Positions 36,272 to 46,630 of a DNA stretch of 64,000 bases are shown in pieces; positions within the stretch are counted from its first letter, which is position 1, and every line of letters begins with the position of its first letter. The translations under genes and the position numbers were made by a program. The notes below the pieces were generated by a model. The model made no database searches. It saw only the letters and a program-made list of their open reading frames with translations, and was not told the DNA's origin. This DNA comes from Mitosporidium daphniae (taxonomy: Eukaryota): NCBI RefSeq assembly GCF_000760515.2, contig NW_013546400.1, positions 1 to 64,000 on the forward strand, written 5' to 3'.

Positions 36272-39200
36272 TTAGGGGTTGGCAGCTAGGGCGGCAATTT
36301 TTTCGTAATAGCGACTCATGAATTCAAAAAAGGCAAACTGCGTTGGCTGGATGCCGTACGTATACACAAAGCGCGATGCAAGGTATGATCCGAAGATTGC
36401 CCGCAAGTATTCCATTGGAATCCGCTCCATGAGTTTGTCTAGACCGACAAGATCTAGTAGCAGTTTCGGCATTGCCTCTGAAAGCACATGACGACGTAGG
36501 GCGGAGTTTTCCCACAATGACGTATGTCTCAATTCCTCATTGAGCTTCACAATGGCAAACGAAATTTCGTCAGACAGCATCGAGCGCGAGATTCCCGTTC
36601 GCTTATTTTCTCTCCAAATCGCCTCGAACTCAAGTTGCGCATTCTTCTCAATGACAGCATGCACCGCTGCCACATACGCCTGGTAAAAGGAAGGCAGGGA
36701 TCCGTCTTTACCCATCTGCATGTGCTCCGAAAATTCAGCATCCGTCATCGAAAGCGCCGCCAGGACTTCCAGAGACGATGAAGTTACGCCGCCCTTGTTC
36801 GCCGAAGCGTCTTTGAAAATGATGACTCCTGCACGCTCAAGAGCAAGACGCGCCTCTTGGGTAAAAAAGAGATTTGCACCCTCGACCACATATTTCCACT
36901 TGGGAGAACGACCATCCTCACCAGCTCCGGTCAAGATGGACGTAACATTGGAGGCATCCACGGACTCTGGGCGTCCTCCACACGGCACGAAAAGGTCGCA
37001 AGCTGCGTATTCGCTCAAGTGGAATTCGTTTCTGAAACGCAAGCCGTCCTCCACAATGTGACCGTCTGGTAAGCGCACGTCTTTATCTTCGATGAGGATC
37101 CGGGCTCCGCGAGGACCCAGTTTTTTATCATCAAAGCAAGTAACCATTTGCCGTCCATTTGCCAATCGCAGTAGCTCGCTGCGATTGAGACCATCCGGGT
37201 CGAAGATCACTCCAGAGCCGTCCACCACGGCCAGCGTACGATCGTTAGAGATTTTGATTTCATTTGACCCAAGGTCGCCATCTGGCCCACCTGTTTGTAT
37301 TTTTTGAATCGATTCTTCGCGCAATCCGAGCTTACGATATATGCCCAAAACATATTGGTGCACCGAGCGTGTCGTCATTCCATACAGATCGTGAGGAATG
37401 CCGCCGAGACTCTGAGACTTACCGGTGGTAAATGCTTTCCAAAAGGATGCGCCCCGCTTTTGAGCGTGCTGAGAGGCCCAGTCCATGTACTCGGCACTGC
37501 CCTCGTCAGGGCCCAAGAAGAGGATTTCCTCTGCACCAAGGTGATCTACGATGCGTTCGTTTGTGGGGCCGCATTTGCCCGGATTGATGACCAAGTCGAG
37601 CAGTGAATCGACATACTTTTGGAAAGCTACCACTGATTTTTCCTGCTGATCGACATTGAGCAAAATGGTGCCCTTGGAACCACCTTCTGGGATGTCTTTG
37701 TTTTTGCGCTGCTGCGTTGCTGCCAGCCAATAATTCTCGTCAAAGAGCGAGCGGAAATTGATGCTATACGCCTCGCTGTTTCTGCTTCTGATGATTCGAA
37801 TGCCTCCCCGAGCGATGTCTCTGAAACGGAGATGGAAGCCTTTGAATTCGGAGCCAATCACTAGGAAAAGACCGAAAGGGCGGATCGGATACTCACCCTG
37901 GGGCACAAATGCCGGATCCAGACGAAATGAGAGCGCCACTTTTGTTTGCAGATAAAAGTTTGTCTTGAGCACGTGGCGATTAAATGTGAGCAAGCTCTCA
38001 AAAACCTACACATAAAATGGAATAAACAAAGTCGTAGCAAAATCGTAACGACGATCGCCAAAATCAAACAATCGCGTTAAAAATAAGAATGAGAGAGAGA
38101 TAAAGAGAAAGAGGTACATAACAGCAGATGAGGGGAAATACATACGCCCCAAACAAAAAGACCTCCATCAAGGAACGATGGAAACAACACATCAAAAGTG
38201 GATGAACAAATTTAAATTGTAAGCGGCACAATACATACCATATACTCGTGGTTATTAACGACTGTTCTGCGAATCAACTCAATGATTTCATCCTCGTTGA
38301 GCACATGGTTCATATGCAGGCGCTGGAACGAAAGTGAAGGCTGTAATGAATTTTCTGAGCAAGAGCCAATATAATGCGCCATTGCAAAATTTACATACAG
38401 TGCGCGGATGAGCACAGGATAGCGCTTGATGATATCAAGCACATACTCTCTGGTAAAAGTGTCCTGGCGCAATCGCTTTTTTAGCCTGGCAAGGACATCC
38501 AGGTGCACTGGATTGTTCTGGTCAACAATGGATGCCAGACTGACAAACTCAGACCCAAGTCTGTTGAGAAAGTGTCCCGCAAACACAAAACCCACATAGC
38601 CGTAAATGGCCTCCTGCACAGAAAGCTTTGCCTCTTGAAACAGACTTTGCAGCGGCGTAGTGGGGAGGCAATATATGAGCGAAGTTTCTTTCATTATCTG
38701 CAGAATAGACAGCTCAATCGGCGGTGGCGGTGGATGAGATCCGTCCAGGTGATGGTTCGAGCCAGAGTCCATCAGCGGATTGAGATAGAGCGTAATGATG
38801 GTGACTCCATTTGCAAATTGCTCGACATACTTGCGAGAAGAGAACAGTCCATAATAGTGGTAAAGATCTGAAAGTGCCGAAAAGAGGTTAAGCGTAGTTT
38901 GCTGGCGGTAGCCGATAACCAAGCGCTTTTGGCGGATGCCTTCAATTTCAAACATCTCAATGACAGGCCCAGTGCGCGTGAGCACGTTGAGCATAACTTT
39001 TTGGTAAAGGTCGAGGGTTTTTTCGGTCGCTCTCGACAGAAATGTGATGTCAGAGACCTTTTTGATGTCGGTTTCCGTTTCAGAAACATCGGGGTCAACC
39101 CATTGGCACCTCGAAACAAAGTAGCATCGTAATTGTGTAGTGGAGGAGTAGGAAACGGTGCCTAAAGAGCGATAGGACTCCAATCGATACGAGCATCTGC

Positions 39201-39744
39201 GTGACGAGATGTTGAGATATCGCGTGTCAATTCTTTTTTCATATTGAGGGCCAACAACCGTAGACACTCCCGGTTTCGATGTGTGGATGTAGACGGCGCG
39301 ATCGTTGTCATCCGACTCGCGCTTTAAATTGATGTCAACCATTGAAGGGTGCTGGTGCTGGTGCTGATTGTTGTGATGGTGCTCCGAGGGAATTCCGCTA
39401 GGCGAAGAGGAGGCGTACCCTTCCTTGTCCTCGTCTCGGATGTAGGCGTTAATTTTGGCACCATATAGAGCCATAACGTGCTTTGCGATCACTTCGACGC
39501 TCTCCAGCGCGAAATACTGATCGTCAATGCCGAGATTGGAGTATAACCAAGCAACCTCATTTTCGATCAGAGATTCTGGAATAAAGCCTTTCTCTTTGAT
39601 GTAGTTGGCAACTTTGATCATTTGGTCGGCTTTGCCTTCAAAAATATTCTCCACATATCCACTCTCGTTTTTGAGCATCGTGGGAACAGGAGAGATTGTC
39701 CTTAGCGTGTCATTTGACGTCTTCGTCAGCTCTAGGACTGTCAT
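36272..39744 (-). CDS. GDH2: NAD-specific glutamate dehydrogenase (large Gdh2 type); 2 exons with a 233-nt intron at 38006-38238
   Basis: RFRDIARGGIRI, KNKDIPEGGSKG, GPDEGSA, GGPDGDLGSNE, EGANLF, DASANKGGVTSSSLEV. Confidence 0.95.
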
Positions 39745-40078
39745 GGCAGTGTATTTCGGTGGAAAACTACTATGGTAAGCTTTGCACTGATGTACCGATA
39801 CAAAAGCCTAATCTAGTGATGCGAAGATAAAAATTGGTATATTCATGCAAAATCTGTGAAATGTGTATTTAGTCATGCTTGCAATTAGTAAATGATAAGA
39901 ATTGACACAACTCTCTGCAGATTGCGCGTAGCTGATGCAAACGATGATTAGCATTTGATTGCCTAAAGTAGGGCTATAAAGTTCGGGTTTAAATTGTCGA
40001 ATTTAAATCGTAAAGTTTAATTGCAAAATGCGAATGCCCATGCCGATGGATTTTTAATTTTTTTTCGTGCCCTTCATA

Positions 40079-40234
40079 ATGAACGTAACCGAGCAAGTCG
40101 AAAAATCTTTCCAGAAGCAGGATGCTGTCTCCATGAATTCAAAGCGCATCATCCTTCGCAACGGCGTCATCAAACGCTACTACAAAGATATTGGCCTTGG
40201 CTTCAAAACCCCCAAAGAGGCAATAGAGGGCACA

Positions 40235-40266
<32 letters not shown>

Positions 40267-40567
40267 CGTCTCCATCCGCGGCCGCATCCTTACCGGAACC
40301 GTCAAGTCTACAAAGATGAAGCGTACCATTATTGTTCGCCGAGAGTATTTGCATTATGTTTCCAAGTACAATCGCTACGAAAAGCGCCATACCAATCTAG
40401 CTGCGCATTGCTCGCCGTGCTTTATTGGAATCCAGCCTGGTGATGTTGTGACTGTCGGAGAATGCCGTCCCCTCTCCAAAACCGTCCGCTTCAATGTGCT
40501 CAAGGTCCAGAGGAAGGATAACAAGTCTGCCACTGCCACTTCGGGAAAGCAGTTTTCCAAGTTCTAG
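40079..40567 (+). CDS. RPS11: 40S ribosomal protein S11 (uS17)
   Basis: [56 protein letters not shown]. Confidence 0.98.
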
Positions 40568-40766
40568 TTTATAAGCGTTCGTTGTCATTAGTAAAGTTGA
40601 TTTATCATGACCTTTGCACGCTAGTATTTGTTAACGTTTCGCATTTGAGCGCCTTTGTGGGATACACGCATCGATTGCACCTTGATGATGTGGCTCTTGA
40701 TGCCCGTGGAAATCCCACCCGCAATGAGCGGTATTAATTAGGGCCCGGATTTTATTGTAAATTACA

Positions 40767-41345
40767 ATGCCTGCAGCCCCTCTCAACGTGGCATTGGTGG
40801 ACCGGTTTTTCGAGGCAAGAAGGGAACTCGCGTCCATTTATATATCCCCTTCGTTGATCCGAAAATCGGAGGCCATCATTCTGTCCGCTGGTAAGGTTGG
40901 CACATCTTCTAACCCTGCCATAGGCCTGGCCGGTCTATGTGTCGGTTCATACTGTGGACTTCTCATGGCATCTAAAGGAAGGCTTTCTTCGCTGCTATAT
41001 GCTACAAGTAGATGCAGCAATTTCTTTCAATAGCGTTTGGCACGATTGGACTCACGTTTGGAGCAGGCCTCGGTGTTCAAGGTGCATTTTCCATTCTCAA
41101 CGCGAAACGGCCACACTTCATGCAAGCCTTTGAAAGGTATCAGCTCCTGAGAAGAAAAATTCTGCTCCACGGCCGAGAAGAGTCTCTCTTGACTTCCGGT
41201 AAGTTTTTGCTCCAAACCACCGTTAGACCTGACCATTTCGACGCACTCAAAAGACGGATCCATTGAAAATGAAGTGGTTAAAATCGAGGCCTATCCTGCA
41301 ACCGAAGAAGCCGAGCAAAGGTTAAAAGGTACGTGGCCCATGTAA
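40767..41345 (+). CDS. Hypothetical small membrane protein with two Gly-rich hydrophobic segments (4 exons)
   Basis: Three short GT..AG introns (GTAAGG..CCATAG, GTAGAT..CAATAG, GTAAGT..CGTTAG) give one continuous reading frame. Confidence 0.55.
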
Positions 41346-41428
41346 AAGTTACTCCCATCACAGAGCTCTTTGCCAGACGGTAAATTTTAGGGTTATAGCC
41401 CGATTTAATAAATCCGATTTTATGTAAT

Positions 41429-42068
41429 ATGGGCCTCTCTACCTTCCACGACTCCACGTGCATGGCATGCGGAGTGAACCCCGCTGAGGACTACGACCTT
41501 TACGAGGAATATGCAGGCTTTTCTGTCTGCTTCAAATGCAAGCAAGCAAGCCCAGAACTGTACAAACGCATTTCAAAAGGAACGCTCCAAAAGGTACCCC
41601 GTTCAATTTAACCGCTAGGATTACCTTCTGGGAGACCATGATATCATGCTATTTGATTTAAAGTTTGTTGAAAAGCCCAATCCAAAGGGGTCCAACTATG
41701 CGCGGATGAAGTTATTCCTTCGCTGTGAGGCGCAAGCAGCTGCCATCAAGAAATACGGCTCGCTTGCTGAGTTGGAAGAAGAGAAACATCGTCGAAAAAA
41801 CGCTGTGCTCCAGAAAAGAGAATCTGTTTATGAGAAACGGCTTCGAGAGCTGAAGCGGGCAAGCCTTGGCACGGAGGCGATACAGCTAAAGTCTCTCGTC
41901 CGGAAGCATGTCCATCAGTTCAAAGATGCCGAAGAAACCCATGACGTGCTCGATGACGACAAAAAACTCGCAGGAGCCCAAAACCATACCCCCTTACTAG
42001 ACGGCAATAATCTCCAGGTCAAAAGATGTACCATCTGTGGGCTGCAAATTAGCCTTGAATCGTTTTAA
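41429..42068 (+). CDS. RAD14: Nucleotide-excision-repair protein XPA/Rad14 (compact)
   Basis: CxxC..CxxC zinc finger, DYLL, FVEKPNP..YARMKLFLRC..KKYGS, HVHQF and C-terminal CTICG. Confidence 0.9.
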
Positions 42069-42418
42069 ATTTAAATTTTACTTTGTTAACAAAAGCGGGC
42101 CAATCGAAGAACGATAAATTTTATTAATTGGCCAATTGAAAGCCGACCGGATATGTGACATGTGATTTTGAGCGACCAATGAAAATAAGACATTGAGTCA
42201 CAGCAATGATCGTATCCGGTTTCTTTTTATCTCGCTTTAGAAGCTCAGTACTTATTATTGCGCTTCTTGTTTCATTACTTCCTTGCCCTACGATAATTTT
42301 CTTACATCCGTAACCAAACCTACTTCCAATACTTTCCACACGAAATACATATACTACTCCGCGTCATTCGCTACCGCTCTCCATCGATTCGGACAACCAG
42401 AAGGCCGCTCATATCACC

Positions 42419-43555
42419 ATGCCGATGAATGGAGGTAAGAAAGGCACGACATTTGAGGATTTTTCGTTATCACAAGAGGAAGCTTTCTCTCGTGAAAACG
42501 GACACATGAAGACCCTTCTACCATCCTCTACAAATAACAATAGAAATGCACCATACCACCACTTTCCCCATTTACAACAGACTCCTCACCATTCTGGATA
42601 TACGGCGTTACAACATCCGCACATTTCTCAGCAAATGGGACAGCACCGTTACCCTAACCCTCCAGTCCACTCTCCGCAGCAACATCAGCTGATACCGGGA
42701 TTTGTACCCCCTAACACAAGCCCGCCATGTAATGGAGGCGGATTTTACTTAGAAAATGAAAAGATCTCAACATCGTCCGATTATCCATCTCCCACTCACC
42801 AAGTAGGCGTTCGGTACCCGGAGGCCACTCATGGAGCATCGCAAATGCAGCCTCAAATGACACTTTCCAATTACCGAGAAGGATATCCCAGCTCTTTTGT
42901 TTATCGCAATCCGCAACCTCCTCCTCCTCCTCCTGAATCTGTACATCAAGCCCCCGAAAGTCTTTTCCGGTCCATGCACATGCCTCCTCATATTTCCCCG
43001 AATCAACATATGTTTATGATCACAAAGAGAGATGAGATCACCGCTTCAGTCTCAATGAAGCTAAAAAAGAAGCGCGAGAGCCACAATGCTGTTGAAAGGA
43101 GAAGACGTGATAATATCAATGAGCGGATCCAGTTTCTTTCCTCAATCGTCCCTGAATGCAAAAGGAGACAAGAACGCTCATCAATCGTGACAGGAATGGA
43201 TTCCAAACGCTCCCAAATTCTCGTGCCCAATATGAAACTTAACAAGTCGTTCATTTTGCAAAAGGCAACAGAATACATCGAAGCGATGACAATGTACATT
43301 GAAAGGCAGTCCGTGTTGTTGAAGGAAGTTATTCCATCGTATGTTGGCGGCATTGAAGAGCTCAATGCTTCTGTCGTTGAAGAAGGAAACAACTTTATCT
43401 TTTCCCTAGAAAATTTGCCATCAGACTTCCAAGGACTACAGGAAGAAGAAGAAGAAGAAGAAGAAGAATCAAAGCAAGAGGCCACCCAACGGAGAGCCCC
43501 AGAAGAAGCCATTCTTCAAAAGAAGCTTCAAGCTGAGTTTCGAGATCAGACATGA
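42419..43555 (+). CDS. bHLH transcription factor (USF/MiT/Cbf1/Rtg3-like)
   Basis: KKRESHNAVERRRRDNINERIQFLSSIVP...KLNKSFILQKATEYI; Pro/Gln/His-rich N-terminus. Confidence 0.9.
   Translation: MPMNGGKKGTTFEDFSLSQEEAFSRENGHMKTLLPSSTNNNRNAPYHHFPHLQQTPHHSGYTALQHPHISQQMGQHRYPNPPVHSPQQHQLIPGFVPPNTSPPCNGGGFYLENEKISTSSDYPSPTHQVGVRYPEATHGASQMQPQMTLSNYREGYPSSFVYRNPQPPPPPPESVHQAPESLFRSMHMPPHISPNQHMFMITKRDEITASVSMKLKKKRESHNAVERRRRDNINERIQFLSSIVPECKRRQERSSIVTGMDSKRSQILVPNMKLNKSFILQKATEYIEAMTMYIERQSVLLKEVIPSYVGGIEELNASVVEEGNNFIFSLENLPSDFQGLQEEEEEEEEESKQEATQRRAPEEAILQKKLQAEFRDQT
43442..43468 (+). repeat. (GAA)9 coding microsatellite (poly-Glu) in the bHLH gene
   Basis: Read directly. Confidence 0.9.
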
Positions 43556-44229
43556 CAGCCTCCAAACAGGCCTGTCTGCATACGCCCCGAATTAAGATTA
43601 ATAAATTGCTGCTTTATAAATTGGGGTTTAAATATTTGCGAGAGAAATTCCATTTCCGGGTCTCCTCCATTGGCCAAGCCTTTGCTCATACCCACCGCAC
43701 AAAAATTAATCATTATGATCAAGTTACCTGGGGACTGCGATGCGTATCAAAAAACAATGATCCGCCCTGCTGCTCAAATCAGATATTTATGCTTCTCTTG
43801 TTTCACTTGAAGGTACAGCGATCACCGCTAAACGGAAATATCATCCAATTGATCAGCATGATAAATTGAGCGTAGCTTGGGTGAAAAATTAACGCTCAAG
43901 CATTTTGATAACTTTCAAACGGCCGGTGACGCATCAAGTCCCGGCTATTTGGCTAGAACAAAGGGTTAGGCAAGATTTTGCCCAAGCTTTCGCTTTGACA
44001 TCATATTTCTGGAATCGAAGACACTTTATTGGCTCAAAAAAGTGTAAGCGCCTACAAATGACGAATGGATTTTATCGCAAAGATTCAAACACACACGTTA
44101 GGAAAAGTTTGGTGCAAATGGAGGTAACAGCTAACGAAATGTAAAAAACGTCCTTTCGAACTAAATAAAAAAGTCAACACGAGAATGTTATATTGTGATA
44201 GGGATTTATTGTCCAAGATTTTATGTGCA

Positions 44230-44480
44230 TCACAGGAATAGATGAAGAAGCATCACAAGCGCAATAAAAATGACGGCAGCAATAATCAAATACACGGGCT
44301 CTCTAAATCGATGAATGTTAACACAATGGGATACACTTGCGGACCGGGTGTTTCGGACTGGTAAAACTTATTGAGCGTAGATCCGGAGTGTGAAGATATC
44401 TTTGGCGAGCTTGCAGATGATTGTCGTTTTCTACATGTAAGGATTATATGGGAAGCTCACATGAGGACGGAGGAAGACAT
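44230..44480 (-). CDS. SEC61B: Protein translocon subunit Sec61 beta (3 exons; not in ORF track)
   Basis: Splicing two mini-introns gives MSSSVLIKRQSSASSPKISSHSGSTLNKFYQSETPGPQVEPVYLIIAAVIFIALVMLLHLFL. Confidence 0.85.
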
Positions 44481-44559
44481 TATGATTGAGATCAGTAATT
44501 CCAAAAAATTTAAATTTGTAAAATTTATGGTGATTATTGGGGAAGGACATTAAATTTTC

Positions 44560-45763
44560 ATGGTCTGCGAGCCTCCAATTGCGCTGATGGTTGGAGCTGC
44601 ACGGGCTGCCTCCAAATATACGGAACTTATCCGAACCTCAAAAGATGAATCGCTAAAAAGAGCCTCCTTAAAAACAGACTGCTCTCCAGTGACAGGTTCT
44701 GCACCCAGCCTTACCATCTAGCCGCTGATATTGGCGCGCAGGCGATCATTATCTCTCACCTTCGCCAGTTCCCCGATGCATCGATACTTGCAGAAGAGGA
44801 CTGCAGCTCTTTGGAAAACCGCTCGGCACAGTTTATCGAAACAGTGTCTCAAATACTTTGTCCCTTCATATTACAACAAACGGATGGGAAAAGTGACAAT
44901 CAACAAGCTGCCATGGGTGCCGATGGGCAAAAGATGGATCTGTTCCAGGTAAGACCGTGTCTAGATTACTTGAAGTTGCTTGAATATAAGGGTAACGGTG
45001 CCCATTATTACTGGGCCATCGACCCTGTTGATGGAACCAAGGGATTCATTCGAGGAAATCAATATGCCATCTGCATTGCCTTGCTTTCGAGCCTTGACAA
45101 TAAAGTGATTGCCTCTGCCATGGCATGTCCAAATCTGCGTGCATATTCTGCCCAGGGGTACTCATATCCATTATCATCGTTAATAGCCCCTCTGTTGGCA
45201 CACTTTTCTTCGCTGCTGCCGACAAGGGCTCATATGAGATTTCATTTGATCATTATGATGAGCTGTTAAAGGCATCTTCGTCGTTGGAAGTTTCAAGTTC
45301 TCGGTTATTTTCTGCCGCGCGACGGCTCGTTGTTTGTGCAAAATCCACCAAGAATAGGAATATCACCATTTGTCGATCCGTTGAAGCAATGCATTCTCCT
45401 CCGGCGCTGATAGAAGCGTATGTGAAGGAGCGCGTGGATCCTTCTCTCAAAACAGAGTATCTTGAACTTGATTCACAATGCAAGTATGCCCTCGTTGCCA
45501 GGGGGGATGCCGACGCCTATGTCCGCATTTCTGATTCTCGGGCAAAAATTTGGGTATCATTAGTGGTGAGATAGCTTTCAATTTAGGATCATGCTTCCGG
45601 ATCTTTACTTGTCGTAGAAGCAGGCGGAATGGTCTCCATGGCATCCAATCTTTGCATGGAAATCACGTTTTCCAACTGCCCAGAGATGCCATTTAATGAT
45701 GGCATTGTGGCCCACTGCAAGGGAACATTCTCCAAATTGAGTGTCACTCTTTATGGTGTGTAA
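44560..45763 (+). CDS. MET22: 3'(2'),5'-bisphosphate nucleotidase Met22/Hal2 (multi-exon)
   Basis: DCSPVT|ADIGAQA, ILAEED, WAIDPVDGTKGFIRGNQYAICIAL, DSQCKYA, KIW|DHASG. Confidence 0.9.
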
Positions 45764-45986
45764 ATTCTTGGCAAAATTTGCCCTTCAATAAACAACACAA
45801 AAGTGATAAGAACGAGAGAAGCTGTCAATTGCCCCGGTCGATTTTTTTCCGAAATAAGAAGGCCCTTTAGACGCCTCGGCTTGATACATGTTGATGGCAA
45901 TTGTGCAGAAATACTATATCAGCTTCTTACATTGTTGAGCCCACGTGTGGATGGAAAGTTGGCGGTAATGGGATTCCTGTGGCACT

Positions 45987-46322
45987 TTAAAGCTTGGAAA
46001 CACCCGAAATTTGCTCTCCAGGAATCTCTAAAAGCCTCAATGTGGCACCAAAATCTCTGTTTGGGGAAAGAACAGTCAGAAGGATATTTGATTGACAGTC
46101 AAATGCCATTAGTGTCCCTCGAATCTCGCTCTTCTCGCTAGATTTCAACAGCACAACAACCTCTGACCCGAGGTAAGAAAAGATTTCGTCACACGAGAAA
46201 ATTGGCTGCTCATGCATGCAAGTGGATGGCTGTAAAAATGGCGTGCACTTGTACGCCACGGGATGCTTCCGGTACCCCACACATGTGGGCTCCACGTAGC
46301 AATTGCAATGGCCGTTCATCAT
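45987..46322 (-). CDS. Divergent Sm/LSm-fold protein
   Basis: YLGSEVVVLLK..EIRGTLMAFDCQSNILL (Sm1 motif) and LEIPGEQISGV (Sm2-like); Cys/His-rich N-terminal extension. Confidence 0.6.
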   Translation of the reverse strand: MMNGHCNCYVEPTCVGYRKHPVAYKCTPFLQPSTCMHEQPIFSCDEIFSYLGSEVVVLLKSSEKSEIRGTLMAFDCQSNILLTVLSPNRDFGATLRLLEIPGEQISGVSKL

Positions 46323-46630
46323 AAAATTTACATTTGGTGCAGATTTCTAACCCTAACTCCGGTGCAATTTAATGCACATCTAAAGGATTGTTAAGCCCCC
46401 GAGTAATTTTATTTCGCTTCATAAATTTAATTAAATTGCTGCGCGGTTTTCATTGTTGTCTAAAATACTTTAAAAAGCTACCACAACCCTTCATCATAAG
46501 AGGACACCACAACAGTAACAAAATAGATGGTTGGCGATAAAATTGATCGCAATTACATTTAGCGTTGGTCGCACCGCTTACCTTTACCCCGAACGGATAC
46601 AAAATTAAATTTATAAATCAGAAAATCAAG

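Noticed and set aside
44304..44335. GTATCC-starting introns (Sec61-beta, NHP2) as U12-type introns
   Set aside because: They lack the full GTATCCTT donor and the TCCTTAAC branch site; consistent with ordinary U2-type mini-introns.
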